From Candidatus Zixiibacteriota bacterium (GTDB lineage: Bacteria > Zixibacteria > MSB-5A5 > WJJR01), in NCBI GenBank assembly GCA_040752595.1, contig JBFMGX010000020.1:21622-85621 (forward strand): 64,000 nucleotides of DNA, given 5' to 3'. Made by a program: the position numbers and the translations under genes. Each line of letters begins with the position of its first letter. Within the stretch, counting starts at the first letter, position 1. Below, piece after piece: positions 57,501 through 64,000 of the stretch. The notes beneath the pieces were generated by a model, which was not told the origin of the DNA, made no database searches, and saw only the letters and a list, made by a program, of their open reading frames with translations.

Positions 57501-60284
57501 ACCCTGAACGTCCTGCCCGGCCCGCTGCCGCGGCTGGTGGCTTCCGTCGACACGTTGTACTTCACGTACGACGGACCGCAGAGCGACACCTGTCTGTCGT
57601 TCACGTTGACCAGCAACGGTTGTCAGCAGATCGACTGGTGCTACGTGCCGCTGCCGCAGGAGGACTTCTTCGTCTCCTCAATAACACCGGAATTCGGCAC
57701 GACGCCGAGCCAGGTCCAGGTCTGCATCAATCCGTGCAACCGCCCGGCGGGCGAGTATGAAGACACCTTGATCTTCTGTCCGTGCGAGATCCCGGAGAAG
57801 AACGCCAACGTCCCGGCCTGCGTGGCGGTGATCGTGCACCTGACGGTCACGAGCTCGCCGGCGCTGGTGGCTGAACCAGATACCCTGTACTTTGAGTACC
57901 CCGGCCAGGGCGAGTTCGACTCCTGCCGGACCGTTACGCTGACCAGCACCGGCTGCGGCGAGATGTCGTGGTGCTACGAAGGGTTCGGTCCGGGGTCTGA
58001 CCCGTTCGAAGGCCAAGTCAGCGTCAAGCCGACGTTCGGCATCACGCCGAGCCAGGTCGAAGTCTGCGTCGATCCGTGCGGGCTGGACGAGGGCACGTAT
58101 GTGGCGACGCTGATCTTCTGCGAGTGTGAGATCAAGCCCCAAGTCGGCTCGTGCGATACCGTGGTTCTGGTCCTTAATGTCATCAATCCGCCCGAGCTGG
58201 CGATCGACGACAACTTCTTTGAATTCACCGTGACGGAGGGCGATGATCCGCCGGCGCAGCAGTTGAATGTCATGAACATCGGCGGCGGAGTTCTGGACTG
58301 GACCTCGCGGATTGCCCCGTGCGATCCGGCCGACCCGCGCGATTGGCTGCTGATGAGCCCGATGGGCGGCACCGCGCCGACAACGGTCGATCTCGACATC
58401 GACTACAGCGGTCTGGTGGCTCCGGATACGCTGTGCGACTCGATCGAGATCAACTCCGAGTGCGCGCTGGGTTCGCCCCAGTACGTCATCGTGCTGCTCT
58501 ATCTGTTGAAGAAGCCGGTGACCCCGTGCGACTCGATCTGCGGCTGGGTGTATGACGTGGCCGGCAACGTGATCGAAGGCGCGCACGTGCAGGCGTGGAG
58601 CGGGTATCCGAGTGGGGTGATTGTCGATGAGACGAACACCGACCCGACCGGACACTACTGCCTCGAAGTCTCCGAGGGTGTGTTCGAAATCCGCGTGACG
58701 GCGGAAGGGTTCTGCCCGGCGCTCGACACGGTCGAGTGTGGCAACGCCGAGGCCGTCATTCAACTGACGCCGATTCCGTTTACGCCGCTGCCGAACTGGC
58801 CGTTCCGGGCGGACTACTTCTCGCAGGACGCGCGGTTGTATGGTGTACCGCTGATGCCGGGCGACGTGATCGTGGCGACCGACCCGCAAGGTGTGTACTG
58901 CGGTGTGGCGATCGTGACGGTTCCCGGCCAGTACCTGATCCACGTGTTGGGCGACGATCCGTCGACGCCGCAGGATGAAGGGGCGGTGTTTGGCGACAAG
59001 ATCACCTTGTGGCTGAACTGCTACTGCCCGGCGATGGCGCCGCAGACGTGGGCCAACGGCGACTTCGACAACCAGTTTGACGTGGACTTCGACTGCAACC
59101 GGCGCACGATCGAGTGCTATCTGTGCGAAGGTTGGAACATGATCTCGTTCAACGTCCTGCCGGACAACAGCGATCTGGAGACGGTGTTGACGTCGCTGGA
59201 TCCGAACTATGACCGGGTGGCCAGCGGCACGTGCGGGTATGGTCCGCGCACGTGGGACAAGAGCCGTCCGCCGCAGTTGAACGACCTGACGACGATGGGT
59301 CCGGATTTCGGGTACGAGATCCACATGCTGGACAAGGACATGTTGGTGTTGACCGGGACGGTGGTTCCGGTGGACAATCCGCTGCCCTTGTGTGCGGGTT
59401 GGAATGCGATCCCGTACCTGCCCGAGTATCCGGACACGCTGCCGCAGGCGTTGGCGAGTTTGGCCGGAAACTACCGCTACGTCTTTGGGATGGAGTGTGG
59501 GTACGGCGTGCGGTCGTGGGACGCCAACCGTCCGGCGATCCTCAATGACCTGTCGTGCCTGGAGCCGTGCCACGGGTACTGGATCAACATGACCGACAGC
59601 GACGTGTTGACATATCCGACCGCGGACTACTACTGTCCGCCGTTGGACGACTTCGTCGTGGCGCCGAAGCGGCCGGTGAACGTGACGACCCGGTTGACGG
59701 TGACGACACACTTTGCCGACTTCTGGTCGGTGGCGGACGCGGGCATTCACGAGGGTGACCTGATCACGGTGAAGGCGCCGGGCGGGATCATCGTCGGTGA
59801 GTGTCTGGCGGGTGCGAACGGTGCGTTCCTGGTGCACGCGTACGGGGACGATCCGCAGACGTCGTCGGTGGAAGGGGCGCATGACGGTGAGGCGCTGATG
59901 TTCGAGGTCAACGGGGCGTCGGCGGGTGTGGCCGATGGCCGGGCGATCTGGAGCGACCGGGCGTCGAACCGCATCACGCTCAGCCTCAGTGGTGCGTCGC
60001 CGGTACCGACCGAGTACGCGCTGTTGCAGAACTACCCGAACCCGTTCAACGCCGGGACGGTGATGCCGTTCTCCTTGAAGAACGCCTCGGACTGGACACT
60101 GACGGTCTACAACATCGTTGGTCAGTCGGTGCGGAGCTTCAGTGGTCATGACGGTGCCGGGATCGTGCGCGTCTCCTGGGATGGCACGTCGGACAATGGC
60201 GCGGCGGTGTCGAGCGGGATCTACTTCTACCGGGTAACGACGCCGGAGTGGTCGGCGTCCAAGAAGATGACGTTGGTGAAGTAA
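54564..60284 (+). CDS. Giant (1906-aa) secreted surface protein: cohesin-like N-terminus, ~8 HYR-like modules, Cys-rich and BACON-like modules, CarboxypepD_reg-like domain, T9SS-type C-terminal sorting domain
   Basis: GAGGAGGA SD and signal peptide MRRVLLIAFVLALVVAPQAMA. Repeated ~80-aa modules follow the pattern ...DNCPGATxxxxPPSGSxFPxGxTxVxCxAxDAAGNxDxCxFxVxV. The C-terminus LLQNYPNPFNAGTVMPF...SGIYFYRV...KKMTLVK is a type A sorting / FlgD-Ig-like CTD. Confidence 0.85.
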   Translation: MRRVLLIAFVLALVVAPQAMAANVVVADSKVFTKAQDFCTVGVWVTNDVDLVGFVLPLELRADGAVPSYPAAGLVFRALTSTPGRRVPTSPLKGSALLRTMGAPDANTCSGPVSSTYSTNASFDGISPDGFFWAGVSTSGPPDLFVLPPGTDSVAGQFVDWPFEGDVTDYLAAPSFFFKFSTADQDGCFYVDTCCVTPANHLEAVDVSGPSVPFDFVMGKITVGAGCEVVNQPPNAICQNVNKNTDPDSCTAEVTAAEVDNGSNDPDGDPITFELVPPGPYATGVTNVQLVVSDDHGNKDTCDATVTVTDAQKPVVTDCPAPIVLSNDAGQCSRANVTYSVTIIDNCPGATLAYNPPSGSTFPVGVDTVWAIGTDAAGNMDSCSFTVTINDTEKPVIVCPADMHIPNDPGQCGATFTRGYTATDNCAVTYMSVDPVNGSFLPVGDNLITVIAKDDAGNADTCFCHVFVDDTEKPVALCHGDTTVVIPNGQTSAVVNYTTPDPTDNCPGATTVCNPPSGSTFPLGPTLVTCIATDAAGNEDTCTFTITVQEEQPQEVPPVAMCKNVTANADGDCQANASIDDGSYDPDGGAVTLEQIPPGPYSLGATPVMLIVTDDEGDKDTCEATVTVEDHIPPHVACPPDQSIESSPGECGTNYGFGYASIDNCDPNPTVVASPPNGSFLPVGDNLIVVIATDASGNEDTCQYHVIVHDGEAPVIERPQVAMQVNNDIGQCGAIVNYDLNSTDNCAVVGETYEPPSGSFLPIGLTVVRCIATDAAGNEDTCFFNVYVNDVEPPVASCSPDIIRDAGVLDTVSWVSTATDNCPGAKIDSCVPPSGSVFPIGTTPVTCYASDAAGNTDECQFNVTIRPAAGPQVYVDPHELLFEGQECCVPDKTPPECINPDPQRVNVYYGTPPAKISGVPWYTEENIPWLYVSPPNGMTESFFDVYVDVAGLIPDQYKGTIYVFEGPTKGIDPSDSVVVTLNVLPGPLPRLVASVDTLYFTYDGPQSDTCLSFTLTSNGCQQIDWCYVPLPQEDFFVSSITPEFGTTPSQVQVCINPCNRPAGEYEDTLIFCPCEIPEKNANVPACVAVIVHLTVTSSPALVAEPDTLYFEYPGQGEFDSCRTVTLTSTGCGEMSWCYEGFGPGSDPFEGQVSVKPTFGITPSQVEVCVDPCGLDEGTYVATLIFCECEIKPQVGSCDTVVLVLNVINPPELAIDDNFFEFTVTEGDDPPAQQLNVMNIGGGVLDWTSRIAPCDPADPRDWLLMSPMGGTAPTTVDLDIDYSGLVAPDTLCDSIEINSECALGSPQYVIVLLYLLKKPVTPCDSICGWVYDVAGNVIEGAHVQAWSGYPSGVIVDETNTDPTGHYCLEVSEGVFEIRVTAEGFCPALDTVECGNAEAVIQLTPIPFTPLPNWPFRADYFSQDARLYGVPLMPGDVIVATDPQGVYCGVAIVTVPGQYLIHVLGDDPSTPQDEGAVFGDKITLWLNCYCPAMAPQTWANGDFDNQFDVDFDCNRRTIECYLCEGWNMISFNVLPDNSDLETVLTSLDPNYDRVASGTCGYGPRTWDKSRPPQLNDLTTMGPDFGYEIHMLDKDMLVLTGTVVPVDNPLPLCAGWNAIPYLPEYPDTLPQALASLAGNYRYVFGMECGYGVRSWDANRPAILNDLSCLEPCHGYWINMTDSDVLTYPTADYYCPPLDDFVVAPKRPVNVTTRLTVTTHFADFWSVADAGIHEGDLITVKAPGGIIVGECLAGANGAFLVHAYGDDPQTSSVEGAHDGEALMFEVNGASAGVADGRAIWSDRASNRITLSLSGASPVPTEYALLQNYPNPFNAGTVMPFSLKNASDWTLTVYNIVGQSVRSFSGHDGAGIVRVSWDGTSDNGAAVSSGIYFYRVTTPEWSASKKMTLVK

Positions 60285-60297
60285 ACGCATGCAGACC

Positions 60298-60327
60298 GGG
60301 TCCCGCGCCTGAGACGGCGCGGGACCC
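60298..60327 (+). terminator. Perfect 12-bp GC hairpin after the giant gene (no U-tract)
   Basis: gggtcccgcgcc tgagac ggcgcgggaccc, 14 nt after the stop codon. Confidence 0.35.
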
Positions 60328-60358
60328 ACTGAACGAGGTGGTCACATTGAACAAGGCA

Positions 60359-61654
60359 ATGGGGCAAATGATCCGAGGGGCCTTGATTCTGGGGACGGTG
60401 CTCCTGAGTGCGCAGGCGACCCTGGCGCAGGTAGCGGGCCGAGTCACCACCGGCGATGGGACCGCCATCAACGGCGCCACGGTCGAAGTCTGGGATGCGT
60501 ACCCGGGCGGCACAATCCTCAATTCAACGGCCTCCAACAGCGGCAGCGGTGAGTTCGCGTTGCCGGCGGTTGCTGGGGATTTCTTTGATTTGCGGGTGTA
60601 CAAGTACGGGTATTTTCCGACGGTTGTCCGTGATCTGCCTGATCCGACGACGAATGCACTCGTGATGCTCTTTCCGGTGCCGACGGCGGTGGGTGGAACA
60701 ACCGTGGCCGATTTCTGGGACGACAACAGCACATTCCTGAGCGCGAGTATTCGCGCCGGAGACGTGATCGAGTCAATCGATCCTCGCAGCATGGCGTGCG
60801 GCGTGTCGCAGTACATCCCGGCTCTGGGGAATTACCTGCTTCATGCCAAGGGTGATGACCCGGTCACGCCGGAGACGGATGGGGCCCTGGCAGGGGAAGA
60901 CCTGACGATCAAAGTGAACGGTCTGGCCGCCTCGACCGATGTGACGCCGAAGTTCCTGCCGGCTCCGCCCAGCTACCAGGTTCGCCTCACGGGTGCGACG
61001 GCGGCGCCGGGTGTCACGATGACCGGTGAACTGGAGCGGCCGGGAAAGGCGGGGAACATCGCGATCATCCCGGTCACGGTGACAAACACGGGGGATGTGA
61101 CTGTGAACGTGACCGTGACGGCGGACCTTGACCAGCCGTGGGCGTTCACGATCGAGCTGGCGCCGACGAAGTCGCTGCCTTTGACGATTGCGCCGGGGGC
61201 ATCCGAGGACGTGGTCGTGAAGATTGATGTGCCCATCGGCGAGCCGGATCAGGATGTCGAGGTTCGTGTGCACGTGCAGGTGGACGACTACGCACCGGCG
61301 AACTCCGGTGTCTGGACCAACCTGAAGGTGCAGGCGATCTCCGATGCCGGCAATGGCGGCAACGGGCTCGTGCCGGATCAGTTTGCGCTGGCGCAGAATT
61401 ACCCGAACCCGTTCAACCCGGCGACATCGATCTCGTACAGTCTCAAGGTGGATGGGATTGTTCGCCTCGATGTGATCAACCTTCTGGGGCAGAATATCTG
61501 CACCCTGGTTGACGGCTATCGTGCCCGCGGGATGCACATGGAAACGTGGGATGGACGTGACCGCAACGGCGCCACGGTGCCGTCGGGGATCTACTTCTAC
61601 CGTCTGACGCAGAACGCCGAATCGCTGACGCGCAAAATGGTGCTGCTGAAGTAG
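60359..61654 (+). CDS. Secreted protein with CarboxypepD_reg-like N-domain and T9SS-type C-terminal sorting domain
   Basis: Signal peptide MGQMIRGALILGTVLLSAQATLAQ (alternative TTG start at 60347, after GAGGTGG). VAGRVTTGDGTAINGATVEVWD. The CTD is LAQNYPNPFNPATSISY...SGIYFYRL...RKMVLLK. Confidence 0.75.
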   Translation: MGQMIRGALILGTVLLSAQATLAQVAGRVTTGDGTAINGATVEVWDAYPGGTILNSTASNSGSGEFALPAVAGDFFDLRVYKYGYFPTVVRDLPDPTTNALVMLFPVPTAVGGTTVADFWDDNSTFLSASIRAGDVIESIDPRSMACGVSQYIPALGNYLLHAKGDDPVTPETDGALAGEDLTIKVNGLAASTDVTPKFLPAPPSYQVRLTGATAAPGVTMTGELERPGKAGNIAIIPVTVTNTGDVTVNVTVTADLDQPWAFTIELAPTKSLPLTIAPGASEDVVVKIDVPIGEPDQDVEVRVHVQVDDYAPANSGVWTNLKVQAISDAGNGGNGLVPDQFALAQNYPNPFNPATSISYSLKVDGIVRLDVINLLGQNICTLVDGYRARGMHMETWDGRDRNGATVPSGIYFYRLTQNAESLTRKMVLLK

Positions 61655-61683
61655 CAGCGTTCAGAACCTCCTTGGGCAATTGT

Positions 61684-61717
61684 GAACCCCCCGTCGGTAG
61701 CGGGGGGTTCTTGTTTT
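61684..61717 (+). terminator. Rho-independent terminator
   Basis: gaaccccccg tcggtag cggggggttc, followed by ttgtttt. Confidence 0.7.
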
Positions 61718-61748
61718 GGGCTCAGGGAAGATGAGCGGGCGAGAAGAC

Positions 61749-61868
61749 TCCCTCACCCGCTTGGACCTCCGGTCCAAGCGACCTCTCCCCCTCGACGCCG
61801 CTCGGGGCAAGCCGGAGGGAGAGGTTAAACTTCCCCTCTCCCCTCTGGGGAGAGGGCAGGGTGAGGGG
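61749..61868. repeat. Family F5 imperfect palindrome
   Basis: tccctcacccgcttggacc...gacctctccccctcgacgccgctcggggcaagccggagggagaggttaaacttcccctctcccctctggggagagggcagggtgagggg. Confidence 0.85.
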
Positions 61869-61946
61869 TCCTGCCGCACATGGGTGAACAGGGGGCTTAG
61901 GGGAGTATTGAGAAAGGCGACGTTCAGTACTGAGTCTCAGCGCTCT

Positions 61947-62020
61947 GCGGGAGGGCGAAGCTCCTGCTGAGCCGCATTTCGTTGCGGGACAAGACGGCTC
62001 GGCGGGAGCCTCGCCCTCCC
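61947..62020. repeat. Family F7 palindrome
   Basis: The left arm gggagggcgaagctcctgctgagcc and right arm ggctcggcgggagcctcgccctccc are inverted copies. The left arm matches 29584-29616. Confidence 0.75.
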
Positions 62021-62383
62021 AAAGACCGGGTACCGATTGCGCAATGCCAATCGGTGACTTCTTCAACATTCCCTTAAGCCCTTGTTTGCCGGTGGTGGTC
62101 GTAGTCTCGGAGGGTTGTGCATGGTTTTGCGGGTTGGCGGCTCCAATTGGTGTTGAATCAAGGCGCGGATTGCGTAGTTTGTTGTTTACAGCGGATCAGC
62201 AAGGGGCTGAGACCCTTGTCTTCGACGACGGAGGTCCGGAGGTCTGCAATCGATTAGCACAGTGTGTAGGTCAGGTGCCCTGTGCACTTGACGAGGCCGC
62301 AGGAGCGCGGGGCTCCTGCGCTACGAACTGATGACGAATTGTCTCGTAATGGGTATCATGGCATTGGTACACTGATGTGATTC

Positions 62384-63751
62384 ATGAATGCGACGCAATC
62401 CCATCGGGGGCGGACAGTGACGGCGGCCGTCGTCGCTTCTGTCGTCGTGTTCTATGTCATCACCGACCTGCGTTGGGGATATGGTCCTCTGGGGCATTGG
62501 GTGGGATCGGCGGATGCGGAGAGGTCGACGGCGGCACCTCTGTACATCACGAGCGTCCCGGACAGCGCGGACGTCTACATCAACAACGACTGGGTGGGCA
62601 CGACACCGTACCCGTACGAGACGTTCGATCCGGGGATCCTGCGGGTTCGTCTGGAACGCGAAGGGCTGGTGCCGGTGGAGACGGTCCTGATCATACGCGA
62701 GGATGCGCCGCCGCCGGTCTTTCCGCCTTTCATATTCTCGATGCATGTGGAGCTGCTGTCCGTCCCTGAGGGCGGGCAGCCGATTGTAGACGGTCGTCCG
62801 TTGCGTCCGTATGATGCGGTGAATTTCAATCTTCCCGCGACCGAGACGGTGGCGGTGGCCTTCGAGCTCGACGGCAGGCGCTCGACATCCGCGATCAAGT
62901 TGAATCCGGTGAAGGGATTGGTGGGTGGGGACACGGCGCTCTGGCGCTGGCAGAAGCCGGGAACGACAGGCACGGCGGCGCTGGTTGGTCTGTTTGCCCG
63001 ACGCGTCATCTTCCGGTCGGAGCCATCGGGGGCTGAGCTCTTCTTGGATGGTCAGCCGATGCCGGTCGGTCGAGCAAACGGCGGCGTCGAGATCCCCTAT
63101 GGCTCGCATGTCGTCAGGTTCGTGCGTGCACCGTTCCGGGATCATCGTACAGAGGTAGTCGTCACAGCGGATGCACCGGACACGTTTGCGGTGGTTCTTC
63201 AGCGCGATGTCCTGTTTGCAGCGGTCGACGCGGCGGATTCGTTGGGAGCAAGACTCCCGGCGCGGATTGCCTGGATCCGCAGCAGCGACGGTGAGGAGAT
63301 CGACAGGGCCCATCATCTACCGACACCGGGCTTAGTCGAATTGGAGGGCCGGTCGTACACGGTGAAGTTCGATTGCAAGGGGTACGCGGACACGACCGTA
63401 CAGTTGGCATGGGACGCGGCGGAGCTGGTGGTGGGGATGCGTTCACTCAGGCCGGAGCCCGGACCGGAGGTGGTGGCGGCCGGGTCGGACATGGGGTGGG
63501 TGAGGTTCGTCGTGAGCGCAGGGCGCAACAAGCCCGTGGCCGGGGCCGAAGTGATTGGCGTTGAAAAGCACCACGGCAATGTGGTACGTTACGGACCGAC
63601 GGATGCCGCGGGACTGCTGCTCGTGCAGGTTCCTGTGGGCGATTACCGGTGGCAGGCGGAAAAGGAAGGATTCGTCGGCAAGACGAATGGCGAACGGGTC
63701 AAGGTCGCCAAGAACCCCAAGAAGATCACTCTGAAGTTGAAGCCCCGTTGA
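62384..63751 (+). CDS. PEGA-domain repeat protein with N-terminal TM anchor
   Basis: TM helix TAAVVASVVVFYVITDL. PEGA-type modules (LYITSVPDSADVYINNDWVGTTPY...; VIFRSEPSGAELFLDGQPMPVG...). The C-terminal module is CarboxypepD_reg-like (VAGAEVIGVEKHHGNVVRYGPTDAAGLLLVQVPVGDYRWQAEKEGF). Confidence 0.75.
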   Translation: MNATQSHRGRTVTAAVVASVVVFYVITDLRWGYGPLGHWVGSADAERSTAAPLYITSVPDSADVYINNDWVGTTPYPYETFDPGILRVRLEREGLVPVETVLIIREDAPPPVFPPFIFSMHVELLSVPEGGQPIVDGRPLRPYDAVNFNLPATETVAVAFELDGRRSTSAIKLNPVKGLVGGDTALWRWQKPGTTGTAALVGLFARRVIFRSEPSGAELFLDGQPMPVGRANGGVEIPYGSHVVRFVRAPFRDHRTEVVVTADAPDTFAVVLQRDVLFAAVDAADSLGARLPARIAWIRSSDGEEIDRAHHLPTPGLVELEGRSYTVKFDCKGYADTTVQLAWDAAELVVGMRSLRPEPGPEVVAAGSDMGWVRFVVSAGRNKPVAGAEVIGVEKHHGNVVRYGPTDAAGLLLVQVPVGDYRWQAEKEGFVGKTNGERVKVAKNPKKITLKLKPR

Positions 63752-63821
63752 GCCGTAGACGCGAGCGGCACGGTTTATCGGGTTACTGAGAAACTGCTTG
63801 CGAAGCAGGGAGAACAGGTTT

Positions 63822-63916
63822 GTCATGCTGAGCGAAGCGAAGCATCTGCTTTCCGTCCCTATGGAAGGAACAGCAGATTCTTCACCCCGCCAAAGAGCGG
63901 CGGGGTTCAGAATGAC
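63822..63916. repeat. Family F4 palindromic element
   Basis: gtcatgctgagcgaagcgaagcatctgct // aacagcagattcttcaccccgccaaagagcggcggggttcagaatgac. Confidence 0.85.
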
Positions 63917-64000
63917 AGTATGGGACGTGTTTTCAGAATCCTGCTAAGGAATCACATTCGGTGCCACCATGCCCAAGTTCACCATCGTCCGAGCCGGGCA

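Overview
High-GC bacterial chromosomal segment, probably from an uncultured lineage. T9SS-type C-terminal sorting domains and HYR and PEGA surface proteins hint at the FCB group; this is inference only. All calls rest on reading the supplied ORF translations and the raw sequence. No searches or computations were run.

Layout:
(1) 0.3-10.3 kb: a five-gene mglA / Roadblock(LC7) operon, followed directly by pilB, pilT, pilC and a PilS-like histidine kinase. A convergent sigma-54 activator lies at 11.4-12.8 kb.
(2) 13-45 kb: mostly housekeeping genes: rnr, mreB, lptFG-like, ahcY, metK, pfk, gap-pgk-tpiA-secG-tRNA-Leu(GAG), tag, glyQS, recO, eno, a polyprenyl synthase and an ECF sigma/anti-sigma pair. 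Small lower-GC orphan genes are interspersed, along with a Gp37/Gp68 (DUF5131) gene paired with a trypsin-like protease gene.
(3) 45.7-48.6 kb: tmRNA gene (ssrA) followed by two tandem partial copies of its 3' end. These bound two integrase-less islets, one carrying wHTH-MNT/HEPN and the other T5orf172 plus a small GIY-YIG gene.
(4) 49-64 kb: a surface-protein cluster. It contains a 1110-aa BNR protein with a dockerin-like tail, a 1906-aa protein (cohesin-like N-terminus, about 8 HYR-like modules, T9SS CTD), a second T9SS-CTD protein and a PEGA protein, with thiL in between.

Intergenic DNA throughout carries at least six families of palindromic or hairpin repeats. These create spurious ORFs and false N-terminal extensions in the ORF track. 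Many long antisense ORFs in the track are GC artefacts. No CRISPR array, rRNA, transposase or integrase gene was recognised.
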